DNA of 64,000 nt from Candidatus Sumerlaeaceae bacterium (GTDB lineage Bacteria; Sumerlaeota; Sumerlaeia; Sumerlaeales; Sumerlaeaceae). The notes beneath the pieces were generated by a model. It saw only the letters and a program-made list of their open reading frames with translations. It was not told where the DNA came from and searched no databases. The stretch covers positions 96,001 through 160,000 of the forward strand of contig JBPCLP010000020.1 of NCBI GenBank assembly GCA_051003195.1. The letters are read 5' to 3'. Both the position numbers and the translations under genes were made by a program. This document shows positions 1 through 10,318 of the stretch, one piece after another; the stretch's first letter is position 1, and the number at the start of each line of letters is the position of its first letter.

Positions 1-696
1 ATTCCAGGGCTTCTGTTAGGTGGACTGCTCTTTGGAGCAGGACAGGGTGCGATTGTTGAGTATTTCCGTCTGCCGGCTTTCCTGGTAACGCTCGCCGGTA
101 TGTTCCTGGCGCGCGGCCTGGCATTCGTAACCAGCCTTGAATCGGTCCCAATTGCGAACGACTGGTATATGCAGGTCAGCGGGCTGGCGTGGCCACGTGA
201 GGCGGAGACCCGCTTCGGAATAGTGCCGGTGATCTTCGTGAGTGTGCTGCTCATCGCTATGGTGGTCGCGCACCTGACCCGCTTCGGCAGAAATGTTTAC
301 GCGGTAGGCGGCAACGAGCAAGCTGCCGTGCTGATGGGACTGCCGGTGGGCCGCACGAAAATCAGCGTGTACGCTATCAGTGGTTTGTGTTCTGCAATGG
401 CGGGCGTTGTTCACACACTCTACAGCCAGTCAGGCAATGCCACAGCGGGGACAGGACTCGAGTTGGATGCCATTGCTGCGGTGGTGATTGGCGGCACGCT
501 GCTGACGGGCGGAGTTGGTTATATGGCTGGCACTTTTCTAGGTGTGCTGATTTTTGGCATCATCCAGACGGCGATTACGTTCCAGGGAACATTGAACTCG
601 TGGTGGACAAAAATCGTAATCGCGTTTCTGTTGCTGTGCTTTATTGCGCTGCAGAAGGCGCTGACCCACCTCGGTCGTACAAGGCAGCGATCCTAA
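1..696 (+). CDS. yjfF: Sugar ABC transporter permease, YjfF-like (5'-truncated by window edge)
   Basis: Frame is open from base 1 (IPGLLLGG...LPAFLVTLAGMFLARG). Has GRNVYAVGGNEQAA and ELDAIAAVVIGGTLLTGG permease motifs; C-terminal GTLNSWWTKIVI resembles YjfF. Confidence 0.8.
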   Translation: MPGLLLGGLLFGAGQGAIVEYFRLPAFLVTLAGMFLARGLAFVTSLESVPIANDWYMQVSGLAWPREAETRFGIVPVIFVSVLLIAMVVAHLTRFGRNVYAVGGNEQAAVLMGLPVGRTKISVYAISGLCSAMAGVVHTLYSQSGNATAGTGLELDAIAAVVIGGTLLTGGVGYMAGTFLGVLIFGIIQTAITFQGTLNSWWTKIVIAFLLLCFIALQKALTHLGRTRQRS

Positions 697-771
697 GTCT
701 GTAAAAGTGTTCGATACTTTTTAGACCGCGTGCGAATCGTGCTGTTGGCGGTCTGAGTGCGCGGCTGCACA

Positions 772-1143
772 TCAAAATTCAATCAGCCCCAGGCTGACCT
801 GCAAAGCCTGGTCTACCTTTCCCATGGTTTGCGGACTCAATGTGCCCAGCCGTTTTACCAGCCGCTGCTTATCGATTGAACGGATCTGATTGAGCAGCAC
901 AACGCCCTCGCGTCCGAGATTGCCTTCGCCCGCAGCAATTCGAACTTCGGTCGGGTAAAGCTTCTCTCCTACCTGAGAAGTCATCGCGGCAACGATCGTG
1001 ACGGGACTGTGTTTGTTGCCCATATCGTTTTGCAAAATCAAAGCGGGCCGGGTCTTCTTAATCTCCGATCCAATCGTAGGATCAAAATTGACGAGGTAGA
1101 TTTCGCCTCGCTTCGGGGCTAACGCTTTCGGTCTGGTAGGCAT
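772..1143 (-). CDS. mazF: MazF/PemK family endoribonuclease toxin
   Basis: KRGEIYLVNFDPTIGSEIKKTRPALILQND and QIRSIDKQRL are PemK/MazF signatures. Confidence 0.95.
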   Translation of the reverse strand: MPTRPKALAPKRGEIYLVNFDPTIGSEIKKTRPALILQNDMGNKHSPVTIVAAMTSQVGEKLYPTEVRIAAGEGNLGREGVVLLNQIRSIDKQRLVKRLGTLSPQTMGKVDQALQVSLGLIEF

Positions 1144-1382
1144 GCATCATTTTCAATCGGATACCAGTCGGCTGCCAGGGAAAGATCCCGCTGAGCATGC
1201 ACGGAGGCACCTTCTTTGAGAAGTTTTCGGAGCTCAGCCTTGCCCCGCTCCTGCACATAGAAACGTACGGCTTCGGACAAGAACCGGCTGCGACCGCCCT
1301 TTGGCGCTACTCCGTCAATAAGCCGCAGCGTGTCTTCGGGCAAAGTGATGTTCAAACGCTTGTGTGCTGTTTTCGTAGTCAT
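1119..1382 (-). CDS. Ribbon-helix-helix (CopG-like) antitoxin partnering MazF
   Basis: ATG at 1382; KRLNITLPEDTLRLID...RSRFLSEAVR is an RHH pattern; lies upstream of and overlaps mazF. Confidence 0.85.
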   Translation of the reverse strand: MTTKTAHKRLNITLPEDTLRLIDGVAPKGGRSRFLSEAVRFYVQERGKAELRKLLKEGASVHAQRDLSLAADWYPIENDACLPDRKR

Positions 1383-1386
1383 TATA

Positions 1387-1411
1387 TTAGTATACACACC
1401 CAACGTGTGTA
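1387..1411 (-). promoter_or_regulatory. Putative TA operator inverted repeat and -10 box
   Basis: TACACAC-N5-GTGTGTA at 1393-1411 overlaps a minus-strand TATACT located 6 nt before the antitoxin ATG. Confidence 0.6.
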
Positions 1412-1470
1412 AAGAAATCAATCCAAATCGGCACAAAATGAACACGAGCTTCCGCGAGAGAGCCGCCGCG

Positions 1471-2970
1471 TTAACCCATAGCAGCTTCGAGCAGCGCGGT
1501 TTCCGTGGCCTCCGTTGCCGCGTATTCGGCGGTGAGCCTTCCGCGGGAGAGTACAAGAATACGGTCGGCGAGGCCCAGCACTTCCGGCATTTCGGATGAG
1601 ACAAAGAGAATTCCGATTCCTTCGTCAGCCAGCCGACGGAGGACTTTGTAGATTTCGGCCTTCGCGCCGACGTCGATACCGCGGGTCGGCTCGTCGAGCA
1701 GCATCACTTTTGGATTCGTCATAAGCCAGCGTGTGAGAATAACTTTTTGCTGATTTCCTCCGGAGAGGCTTTCGATGGGAATGGAATCCGAAGCGCGACG
1801 GATTTTCATGACCGCGCCGTGGTGCTCCATGGCCTTTCGCTCGCTGCGTGAAGTGATAAGGCCGAAATACGCGAGCCGGCGAAGCTGCGCGATGGTGGCA
1901 TTGGCGAGAACCGACTGCTGCCGAAAAATGCCAAGTCCGCCGCGGTCTTCGGTAACAAGCCCTATTCCAAAGTCGATCGCCTGGACTGGAGAGCTGGGCC
2001 GGATCTCGCGACCATCAAGCTCAATGCGGCCAGTCCAGTGGTGACCCGCGGCACCAAAAAGTGTTTCTAGAAGTTCCGTACGCCCCGCGCCGACGAGACC
2101 GGAAATGCCCAGGATTTCTCCGCGCCGGAGATCGAACGAAATGTCGTGGAAGCATGGGCGTCCGCCACGCGATGCGCTGAGTTGTTCGACCCGCAGCACA
2201 GGCTTGGCATGCTCTGCGGCCACTGGGCGCAGCGGATAATAATCGCCCAGCTTCCGACCAACCATCGACTGCACGAGATCTGACTCGGTGACGTCTTTGA
2301 CATTCCCCTCGGCGACAGTCTGGCCGTCGCGTAAAACTGTGAAGGTATCCGCCAGTTCGAATATCTCGGGCATCTTGTGGGAGATGTAGATAATGCTGAC
2401 GCCTTCGCAACGCAGGCGTTTGACGGTGCGGAAAAGCACGCGCACTTCGCTTTCGCCCAGGGCGCTCGTGGGTTCGTCGAGAATGAGCAGCCGCGTGCGC
2501 CGCGTGAGTGCGCGAGCGACTTCGACCATCTGACGAAGAGCAACGGGCAGACACTCTACCAGCACATCGGGATCGATATCGATTTCCAGCTGACGGAACA
2601 GATCGGTTGCCGAGGAACGCAGACGACGGCGATCAATCGTGCCGGCATGGGTACGGAGCTCCTGCCCCAGGTAGAGATTTTCGGCTGCAGAAAGCGCCGG
2701 GACGAGATTGAGCTCCTGGTGGACGATGGAAACGCCGGCCGCCATTGCCGCACTGGGCGTGCGGAAGTCCACGGACACACCATCCAGCAGCACACTGCCG
2801 CTGTCCGCCCGATGCACACCAGCCAGGATTTTGGAAAGCGTGCTCTTGCCGCTGCCATTCTCGCCAATGAGTGCATGGACTTCAGCGCGCTCAACACGCA
2901 TAGCCGCATTGGACAAAGCGAGGGTTGCCCCGAAACGCCTGGTGAGATCAGATACTTCGAGCATGCTCAT
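1471..2970 (-). CDS. Sugar ABC transporter ATP-binding protein (RbsA/MglA type, two domains)
   Basis: GENGSGKST, LILDEPT, LSGGNQQK and DEPTRGIDVGAK motifs. Confidence 0.95.
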   Translation of the reverse strand: MSMLEVSDLTRRFGATLALSNAAMRVERAEVHALIGENGSGKSTLSKILAGVHRADSGSVLLDGVSVDFRTPSAAMAAGVSIVHQELNLVPALSAAENLYLGQELRTHAGTIDRRRLRSSATDLFRQLEIDIDPDVLVECLPVALRQMVEVARALTRRTRLLILDEPTSALGESEVRVLFRTVKRLRCEGVSIIYISHKMPEIFELADTFTVLRDGQTVAEGNVKDVTESDLVQSMVGRKLGDYYPLRPVAAEHAKPVLRVEQLSASRGGRPCFHDISFDLRRGEILGISGLVGAGRTELLETLFGAAGHHWTGRIELDGREIRPSSPVQAIDFGIGLVTEDRGGLGIFRQQSVLANATIAQLRRLAYFGLITSRSERKAMEHHGAVMKIRRASDSIPIESLSGGNQQKVILTRWLMTNPKVMLLDEPTRGIDVGAKAEIYKVLRRLADEGIGILFVSSEMPEVLGLADRILVLSRGRLTAEYAATEATETALLEAAMG

Positions 2971-3076
2971 GCCGGCGTGTCATAGAAATACCATAGAAAA
3001 TGCAGACCTGCTGCAGATACAAACTTTGTTCTGCCGCAGGCCTGCGAGATTCTCAGTGGGTGTTTCTTCACATGGT

Positions 3077-4072
3077 CTATTGCAGATACTTGGGATTTAC
3101 TTCAAATCCCCAGGTCTTCAGCGTCTGGGCCCATTCCTTCAGGTTGTCTTTTGTGACGGGAACGAGCTCGCTTATATTGCGCTCTTTAACTTCCTTGCCC
3201 TGTGCTTTCGCCAGCAGCAGGTCGACGCTCTGGGTGCCCCAGTCGAAAACTTTCTGCGCGAGCAAAATCTGTGCGACACCCGTTTCGACATACGGCAGCT
3301 CGGCAGGCAGTGCATCCACGGCAACGATTTTGGTTACACCGGGCTTCATCTTTAAAAGCGCGTCGGTAAATAGCGGCCACCCGCCGATCATTGCCCAGCC
3401 CACGATATCCGGATTGCTCTTCATTACGTCTTCGACTTTGCTGGCGGCATCCTGAGGTGTTTCCTTGTGGTAGAATACGTCGGTGCTCTTGTCGATTGTA
3501 TAGCCCAGTTCCTTGCCTTTGCTCATGACGCCCTGGACGCGCAGCTGCAGGTTCGGAGCGGTCTGGTTTCCGGCCAACACGGCGATACGGCCCTTCTTTC
3601 CGCCGAGTGCCTTGTCGAGTTCCGCCATAACGCGCTCACCTGTCTGGATATCATCGACACCAAAATAGGCGAATCGCTTGCTTTTGGGCGCGTCGCTGTC
3701 GAAACACATTACCGGCACGCCTTTACCAACGGCATCGTTGATTGCGTTGGTGACTTTGCTGGCATCTGAGCAGGCGATGGAAATTCCATCCACGCCCGCG
3801 TTTACAAGCTGCTCGATGTTGTCAGCCTGCTTTTGCGCATCTTCATCGTTGGGCGTGCGCCAGTCGATCTTAATTTCGAGCCCGTCCTTGCTCAGCTCTT
3901 TCGCGCGGGACTGAGCCCCTTTGAGTGCGGCCTGGAATACGGGATTCGAATTGCTTTTCGCAATCACCCCGAAGGTGAAGCTCTTCTTCTCCGACGCCGG
4001 CTTTTTCGCTGCATCCTGCGCCCAGGCGGCACCGATCGCCAGCACCAATCCTGCGGTTATAAACAACCTCAT
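3077..4072 (-). CDS. Sugar ABC transporter substrate-binding protein (RbsB-like)
   Basis: Signal peptide; GVDGISI and GVPVMCFDSD periplasmic binding protein motifs; operon context. Confidence 0.9.
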   Translation of the reverse strand: MRLFITAGLVLAIGAAWAQDAAKKPASEKKSFTFGVIAKSNSNPVFQAALKGAQSRAKELSKDGLEIKIDWRTPNDEDAQKQADNIEQLVNAGVDGISIACSDASKVTNAINDAVGKGVPVMCFDSDAPKSKRFAYFGVDDIQTGERVMAELDKALGGKKGRIAVLAGNQTAPNLQLRVQGVMSKGKELGYTIDKSTDVFYHKETPQDAASKVEDVMKSNPDIVGWAMIGGWPLFTDALLKMKPGVTKIVAVDALPAELPYVETGVAQILLAQKVFDWGTQSVDLLLAKAQGKEVKERNISELVPVTKDNLKEWAQTLKTWGFEVNPKYLQ

Positions 4073-4074
4073 GG

Positions 4075-5238
4075 TTATCCCTCCATCGCTTCTTCTGTTG
4101 TTAATTCCAAACTTTTGTCGCGCTTCGGCACCGCTCCCTGCCGACGGAGCAGCAGCGTGTTAACACGGTCCAGCACCACCGCGATAATGATGACCACGCC
4201 AATGATGATCTGGCTATAGTTCTGGTCCCACCTCAGGATGATGATCGCATTATAAATCATCTGCAGAATGAGCGCGCCAAGCAGGGCACCGAAAGCGGAA
4301 CCGCGACCGCCGCTGAGACTCGCGCCCCCGACAACCGCGGACGCAATGACTCCAAGCTCATATCCGTTACCGGCGTCGCTGCTTGCAGAGCCGTAATATC
4401 CCAGCATGATCGTGGCAGCGATGCCACACATGAGGCCGGAGATTGTGTAGACGAGAATCTTCGCCGGCGCAATTGGAACACCGCAATAACGGGCGGCCTG
4501 CTCATTGCTGCCGAGCGCGAACAGGCGGCGGCCGAACACGGTGCTGCGCAACACCCACGCGCCAATCGCAGTCACGACTACCATGATTACCATTGGAATT
4601 GGGTACAGGCCACTTTCACCGGCGCGGCCGAAAAGCTGGTTGAGGTCGAGCCGGATAAATTTGTCCGTGAAGGAGGTGGGGAAATCTCCGATACTCTGGC
4701 CGATGGCCAACGAGCCCTCCGATGCGAACCAGCTCGGGCAAACAAACGCGACGCCGCGAAATGCCGCCATCGTTCCCAGCGTGATGATAAATGGGTGCAC
4801 GCGCAGCAGCACCACAAGCAGTCCGTTGATGAGGCCGCAAAGCGCTCCGACGAGAAGGCAGGCGGCAATACCGGCAGTGACAGCGACGACAGGGGGTGCA
4901 TTGGACTGTGAACCGACAACTCCAAACCGGTGCAACACCATCGCGCCCGCGACCGCGGAGAGAGCATAGATACTGCCGACTGACAGATCGATGCCGCCAC
5001 TGAGAATCACGAGGGACGCACCTACGGCCATAATGGCGAAGAAACTGGTGTTCTTGGCAAGCTGCACCAGGTTGTCGGCGCGGAGGAATTTGTTCACCTC
5101 CACGCGATCACCCTGCCGATTCAGGGCAGTCGTATTGCCACCATAGACCGTGAGCAGGGCTCCAGTCAGCACAATGACGAGCAGAAGCCCAAGCTCCTGG
5201 AATTGAAAGAGACGTCGAATCACGGGGGGCGATGTCAT
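4075..5238 (-). CDS. Sugar ABC transporter permease (RbsC-like)
   Basis: GGIDLSVGS, PFIITLGT, GRRLFALGSNEQAA and YELGVIASAVVGGASLSGG motifs. Confidence 0.92.
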   Translation of the reverse strand: MTSPPVIRRLFQFQELGLLLVIVLTGALLTVYGGNTTALNRQGDRVEVNKFLRADNLVQLAKNTSFFAIMAVGASLVILSGGIDLSVGSIYALSAVAGAMVLHRFGVVGSQSNAPPVVAVTAGIAACLLVGALCGLINGLLVVLLRVHPFIITLGTMAAFRGVAFVCPSWFASEGSLAIGQSIGDFPTSFTDKFIRLDLNQLFGRAGESGLYPIPMVIMVVVTAIGAWVLRSTVFGRRLFALGSNEQAARYCGVPIAPAKILVYTISGLMCGIAATIMLGYYGSASSDAGNGYELGVIASAVVGGASLSGGRGSAFGALLGALILQMIYNAIIILRWDQNYSQIIIGVVIIIAVVLDRVNTLLLRRQGAVPKRDKSLELTTEEAMEG

Positions 5239-5430
5239 TCGGCCAATTTGCGAGAATCAATGCGAATAGGCGACCGCCAACCGGGCGCATTCTGTTGTTC
5301 TCTTCAATGAGATCATCTGGAAGAGTGTGAAAGGTGCGGACAGCGTCATGCCGGCCCCGGTGCGCGCGGCATTTATACGCCCAATACACGACGATGATGA
5401 CAAAGAGGATGATTAGCTGCCGCTGAACCT

Positions 5431-6195
5431 CTAATGTACATCCAGCAGGTACTGCAGTGTTGGCGTGAGTCGCTTGCGTGTTTCAGGCAGCAGGTACTGT
5501 CGCTGGTTTGTCTGCTGAGCTTGATTGCGGCGCACGAAATAGCAATGCGTGGCGCGACGAGGGTCGGCCGTCGTATTCAGAGTTCCGCCATGCCACGTGT
5601 GTGCGTTGAAGACGATCACGGTACCGGCCGGGGCGATCACCTTTATCTCATCCGGGTGCGGATCGGTTTCGTTCTGCATGACATCCTTTGGAATTTTGCC
5701 GCTCCGATGCGTGCCGGGAACGATCCGCGTGGCGCCATTATGTTCGGTGAAGTCATTAACCAGCCAAACGGAGTTAGCTGCCTGATAATTTCCAGCATTG
5801 ACGCTGCCGTCAAAGTCTGCGTGCAATCCCTGGTGGCCTTTACCCGGGAGTGCCGCACGGCTATTGAGCGATGACAGCTTCATATCTCCCTCGAGAATGT
5901 GCGCGATTGCTGCGAGCACTTTCGGCGTGGTGTAGCAAACCTGGAACATGGAATCCTTGTTGATCAGGTCGCCCAGCAAACTAGTGCCTTCTTCCCGGCC
6001 CACTTCGCCCCCGGTGCCGGTGCGCACCTCTTCTTCGGCAATTTCGTCCAGCCTTCGAGCGAAAGCGGTGAGCTGGTCCGGGTTTAACACATTGGGAATT
6101 AAGAGGAATCCCTGCCGATCAAGCTGCTGTTTTTCTTCGTCGCTGAGCAGACCATCGTGTACGCCGAGTTCCGCCAGCATCTGTTTGCAATCCAT
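5431..6195 (-). CDS. Phytanoyl-CoA dioxygenase family Fe(II)/2OG oxygenase
   Basis: HxD (LHAD), NGATRIVPGTH and distal His (TWHGG). Confidence 0.88.
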   Translation of the reverse strand: MDCKQMLAELGVHDGLLSDEEKQQLDRQGFLLIPNVLNPDQLTAFARRLDEIAEEEVRTGTGGEVGREEGTSLLGDLINKDSMFQVCYTTPKVLAAIAHILEGDMKLSSLNSRAALPGKGHQGLHADFDGSVNAGNYQAANSVWLVNDFTEHNGATRIVPGTHRSGKIPKDVMQNETDPHPDEIKVIAPAGTVIVFNAHTWHGGTLNTTADPRRATHCYFVRRNQAQQTNQRQYLLPETRKRLTPTLQYLLDVH

Positions 6196-6265
6196 GTTCG
6201 TGTTCTCCCGCGGATTTGAGTGACCTCAAACCTCGCCGTTGAACACGGTCAAGTGCGAGAAACGA

Positions 6266-8413
6266 TTACTCCAGCAGGGCCCAGTCCGGCTGCGCGGCCG
6301 CGGTGCAAACAAAGGCTGATCCAATCTTGAAGTTTTCAATTTCCCAGCCACCACTTGCCACAGCGATGTCGCTACAGAAACGGAAGCGGATCTGCGCGCC
6401 TGCAGGTATTCCGGAGTAGTCGACCACGACCTTGTGCATGGAGCCGAATGTGCCGGCGGTCCATGCCGGCGAGCCTGCGAGTGCATTTTGCGAAAGGGTG
6501 CTTAGGACTCCCGTATAACCCCCGTACAGGATGCGGCTGCCCATGTCTGTCCAGTTGCCCGTCGGAGTGGTGCGGTATTCCAATACACCGCCGTCGTAGT
6601 TTGGAGACTCGAAGTTGTATGTGTGATAAAAGCTTAGAAATGGACCGGTCGGGAGGGGAGGACTGGCGAGTGAAGCGTCGCTCTTAAAAGAGGTTCCGGG
6701 AGTGTACGTGAAAGCCGTCGCGCCGCTCACGGCTCGAGGCGTCGTTCGGACCATCCAATTATCCGATCCAGTGGATGATGCATGTGTCCATCCAGCTGCC
6801 GCAGGGTCAAACTGATCAAGGAAAGCGACGGATTCGGCAAGGGTTCGCGTCGTGAAGCAGTCCGTTCCGTTACCTGCCACAGCTATGTTTCCGGCTTCGT
6901 CTTCCGCCACGAGGCGGTAATAGTTGGAGGTGCATGGCTGAAGCAGGTTCGCTTCCACGGAGAAGGTCGTACCGAGTTGCTGGGTTGAAAGGCTGACTGC
7001 TCCTGCACAACTGTAGCCCCGCTGAAGCGTCGCCGTTGCCGGCTCGTCGGTCTGGAAGTTGAGTGCAAACGCATCCGGTTGAAACATGGAGGTGGTGATT
7101 CCGGAAATGACAGGCGCGGTGCAGTCGACCAGGGCGGTTGACGTGAAGGTAGCTGGTGTGGCGGCACCGGCATCTGTGTCGTTGTACGTCAGTGTGAGGG
7201 TGTCCCCGCAGCGAACTTCCAGGATGCCATTGGAAGGTGTAACCGGCGCCACTACGGAGCTCAGTGCGATAGACCCGCGGTACGTATTGTCATTGTCGGG
7301 GTCGATTGCATTGGCGGACTCGGTATCGCCAGAGCTGCTGGAGAGCGTTAGCGGGAGGGTAGCCGGCACCAGGTTATCATCGACGACGTGGAATGCCGCA
7401 GTCGAGGAAGGCCTGTATTTGACCTGGTCGAAGGCAGCACCGGTGACGAATTGCGCAAACGTGCGGGTTTTGCTCGCTTCTTCACCGCCGGGATCATCTG
7501 GCATCACGATACTCGTGAAGCACGACGGTCCCACGTTAAAATCACCCAGACCCCGTACAAGAATTCCTTCAACAACGCCGCTCGCCGCGTTGAAGACCGG
7601 AGATCCGGAGTTTCCTCCGTAGGCATCGAGGTTGGCCGAGAAAAAGCTAACTGCCGAGCTGTCGGAAACGCGGGTCGTGGCACCGAATGCGATCTTCAGC
7701 GGTAATCCGCTGGGATGGCCTGTCACCCCGACATTTACGCCCTTCATAATGGTCCCCGTGCGACGCAGGGGCAGCGGCACGGCGCCTGGAGATACAATCT
7801 TACGATCGACGCGGATAATGGAATAGTCGTATTCATTGTTGAACACCTGCGTAACGACTGCGACCCCGCTGTAAACCTGGTTGGCAGTGACGGTGGTGAC
7901 GGGCGATGACACTCCATTCATTTGAAAACCAAACACAAAACGTACCGAGGAAATATCGCTGGCATCGTAGCAATGGCCGGCCGTTGCGATCAAATCATGG
8001 CCCACCATAAAGCCGGTGCAGAACATGGCGGCTGGCTGGCTTCCATAAGGTTCGCCCGAGCAGGCCGGCTTTCCACTGACAGTATATGCGACGGTGCTGA
8101 ACGTAAACGTTCCGTTGCCATTGTCGGTCAGGTTGCCGGTGCCGAGCAATCCACACGTGGAGGCCGCAAGCTGAAGCCGTTGCGGATTCGTTTCCTGGTA
8201 TATGTCGTGGCGGTCATCCGGGCCGTAGATGACGTGTGGTCTGACGTTTTCGGCCGGAGCCATGGCGGGTTGAGTCCACGGCTGTTCGCCTAGAATTGTG
8301 CGACCGGCTTTCGTAGCTTCCTGTTGAGCAGAGGCGGGCGCAACGACACACGCAATCGCCAGAAGCAAAAGACCGGTACACCTTGCGCTGACCGCAACCG
8401 ATTTAATACGCAA
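6266..8413 (-). CDS. Secreted trypsin-like (S1) serine protease with C-terminal beta domains and W-x-L tail
   Basis: TTG start after GGAGTGAGG; signal peptide; triad motifs ATAGHC, DYSII, GNSGSPV; ends AAAQPDWALLE. Confidence 0.88.
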   Translation of the reverse strand: MRIKSVAVSARCTGLLLLAIACVVAPASAQQEATKAGRTILGEQPWTQPAMAPAENVRPHVIYGPDDRHDIYQETNPQRLQLAASTCGLLGTGNLTDNGNGTFTFSTVAYTVSGKPACSGEPYGSQPAAMFCTGFMVGHDLIATAGHCYDASDISSVRFVFGFQMNGVSSPVTTVTANQVYSGVAVVTQVFNNEYDYSIIRVDRKIVSPGAVPLPLRRTGTIMKGVNVGVTGHPSGLPLKIAFGATTRVSDSSAVSFFSANLDAYGGNSGSPVFNAASGVVEGILVRGLGDFNVGPSCFTSIVMPDDPGGEEASKTRTFAQFVTGAAFDQVKYRPSSTAAFHVVDDNLVPATLPLTLSSSSGDTESANAIDPDNDNTYRGSIALSSVVAPVTPSNGILEVRCGDTLTLTYNDTDAGAATPATFTSTALVDCTAPVISGITTSMFQPDAFALNFQTDEPATATLQRGYSCAGAVSLSTQQLGTTFSVEANLLQPCTSNYYRLVAEDEAGNIAVAGNGTDCFTTRTLAESVAFLDQFDPAAAGWTHASSTGSDNWMVRTTPRAVSGATAFTYTPGTSFKSDASLASPPLPTGPFLSFYHTYNFESPNYDGGVLEYRTTPTGNWTDMGSRILYGGYTGVLSTLSQNALAGSPAWTAGTFGSMHKVVVDYSGIPAGAQIRFRFCSDIAVASGGWEIENFKIGSAFVCTAAAQPDWALLE

Positions 8414-8612
8414 AATACCTCACTCCAGTGTGCCGTCCCAGATGTTCATGGCTATACTTCAGGAAGCTTTCGAGCTCGGACGGCACACAAAACCAGTGAA
8501 CGAATTAATGGGACACTACTCCAGATTACAGATATAACAACACGGCGAATCGTGTGCCCGAATGCCACCAGGACGGTACGAATAGCGACGCTGGACAGCT
8601 TCCTGCAACGCG

Positions 8613-10298
8613 CTATGTGCGGCCACCGCTTTTCAGGTTTGCGGCGAGCCTTTCACCGAGCCGCTCCAGGGCTGGGCTATGGTCGAGCTTATCAAGCAAC
8701 ACATTCAGGATCGAGAACTCCCGGGAAGCAAGCGCGGCCTTCCATGCCGTTTCGAATTCACCTTCTGTGGCGACGATGTGGCCGCTGCCCGCGCCAAGCA
8801 CCTGCGGAAGTTCCTGGTAATTCCATTCGTGGATGTCATTATAGGGACCTTCCCTGATAAATCGCTCCGTGGTATAGCCATGGTTGTTGAGCACGATGAC
8901 AATTGGGTTCAGGTGGTGGCGCGCGATTGTCGAAAGCTCCATACCCGTCATCTGAAAAGCGCCATCTCCGACCAATATGATCGGACGTAATCGCGGGTTG
9001 GCGAACTGAGCACCCAGGGCAGCCGGAACTGCGAAGCCCATGCTGGTATAGTAGGCTGGTGAAAGAAACTCCGTGTTGCGATGAATGACGAGATCCACTG
9101 AGCCGAATAGTGAATCGCCTACGTCACTGATGACGACCATTTCTTCAGTAAGCAGCGAGTTCAATCGTTCGAACAGCCGGGCAATGGTCATTTTCGCAGC
9201 TGGCTTTATCTTCAGCGCACGGGTGTGCGGTTTTTTCGGCGCAGTTTTGCGGCGTTTAAGGGGAGCGGCTGCAAGCGCCACCAGGAAATCCTGCAACCTG
9301 ACGTCTGCGAACGCGTGATGGCGTATCTGCACGCGTTCGCTCGTTGCCTCAATGACGCGAGCGCGGTCGAGCTGCGCGGTAAAAATGCCGAGATTTATAT
9401 CGGTCAGAAAGGTTCCGAGCATCAACAGGCAGTCCGAACCCTCGACAGCCCGTGTGACTTCGGGACGTCCCATGGCACCTTCATAAACGCCAAGATAGCT
9501 GGGGTGCAGCTCGCTGATGACCGACTTGCCCAGAATGGTGGCCGCGATTGGATAGCCGCTTACCTGCAGCAGGTTCAAAAGCTGCGGCTGAAGGTTGAAA
9601 CGGTGGATCTCCACGTCGGCCAGAATGACCGGTTTTTTGGCGCGATTCAGCAGATCCGTGGCTTCTGCAATGGCCTCAGACAAGGCGTCGGAGTCGCTCA
9701 CATCTGCTATCGGCTTTCTGCGCCGAGGTGCAACCGAAGGTCGAACATCGACCATGTCGCGCGGCAACTCAACGTAAACGGGTCGTTTTTGTGTCCAACA
9801 CGCCTGCAGCACGCGATCGATTTCCGAGTACGCCGTAACCGGATCGTCCAGCACGGTGGCTGCGCAGGTGATCTTCTCAAAGATTTCCTTCTGCGTAGTG
9901 AAAGTTCGCACCTTATGATGGAGCAGCGGATCGCGATGACGTTCCCGTAATCCGGGCGAGCCGGTAAGCATCACCACCGGCGATTTTTCTGCATATGCGC
10001 CTGCGATGGCATTTGCTACGTTGAGCCCGCCCACGCAGTAGGTGACGCATAGCGCTCCAATGCCCCGTACGCGCGCGTACGCATCGGCAGCAAAGCCGGC
10101 GCTCGCCTCTGTCGTCGTGCCGATTACCCGGATTGGGCTCTTTTGCAACATGTCGTAAAAGCCGAGCACGTAATCGCCGGGGATACCGAACACATGCCCA
10201 ATGCGATAATCCCGCAGCCGCCGGATCAGATACTCACCAATGGATGGATTCGCCTGGTGTTTTTTTGAAGAGCTTCGCTTGGGAACATCAGCCGACAT
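8613..10298 (-). CDS. TPP-dependent alpha-keto acid decarboxylase (pyruvate/indolepyruvate decarboxylase family)
   Basis: VFGIPGDY, AGFAADAYAR, and GDGAFQMTGMEL...NN TPP motif; ATG at 10298 chosen as start. Confidence 0.9.
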   Translation of the reverse strand: MSADVPKRSSSKKHQANPSIGEYLIRRLRDYRIGHVFGIPGDYVLGFYDMLQKSPIRVIGTTTEASAGFAADAYARVRGIGALCVTYCVGGLNVANAIAGAYAEKSPVVMLTGSPGLRERHRDPLLHHKVRTFTTQKEIFEKITCAATVLDDPVTAYSEIDRVLQACWTQKRPVYVELPRDMVDVRPSVAPRRRKPIADVSDSDALSEAIAEATDLLNRAKKPVILADVEIHRFNLQPQLLNLLQVSGYPIAATILGKSVISELHPSYLGVYEGAMGRPEVTRAVEGSDCLLMLGTFLTDINLGIFTAQLDRARVIEATSERVQIRHHAFADVRLQDFLVALAAAPLKRRKTAPKKPHTRALKIKPAAKMTIARLFERLNSLLTEEMVVISDVGDSLFGSVDLVIHRNTEFLSPAYYTSMGFAVPAALGAQFANPRLRPIILVGDGAFQMTGMELSTIARHHLNPIVIVLNNHGYTTERFIREGPYNDIHEWNYQELPQVLGAGSGHIVATEGEFETAWKAALASREFSILNVLLDKLDHSPALERLGERLAANLKSGGRT

Positions 10299-10318
10299 GC
10301 TGTGCGCAATGCTCGCAG

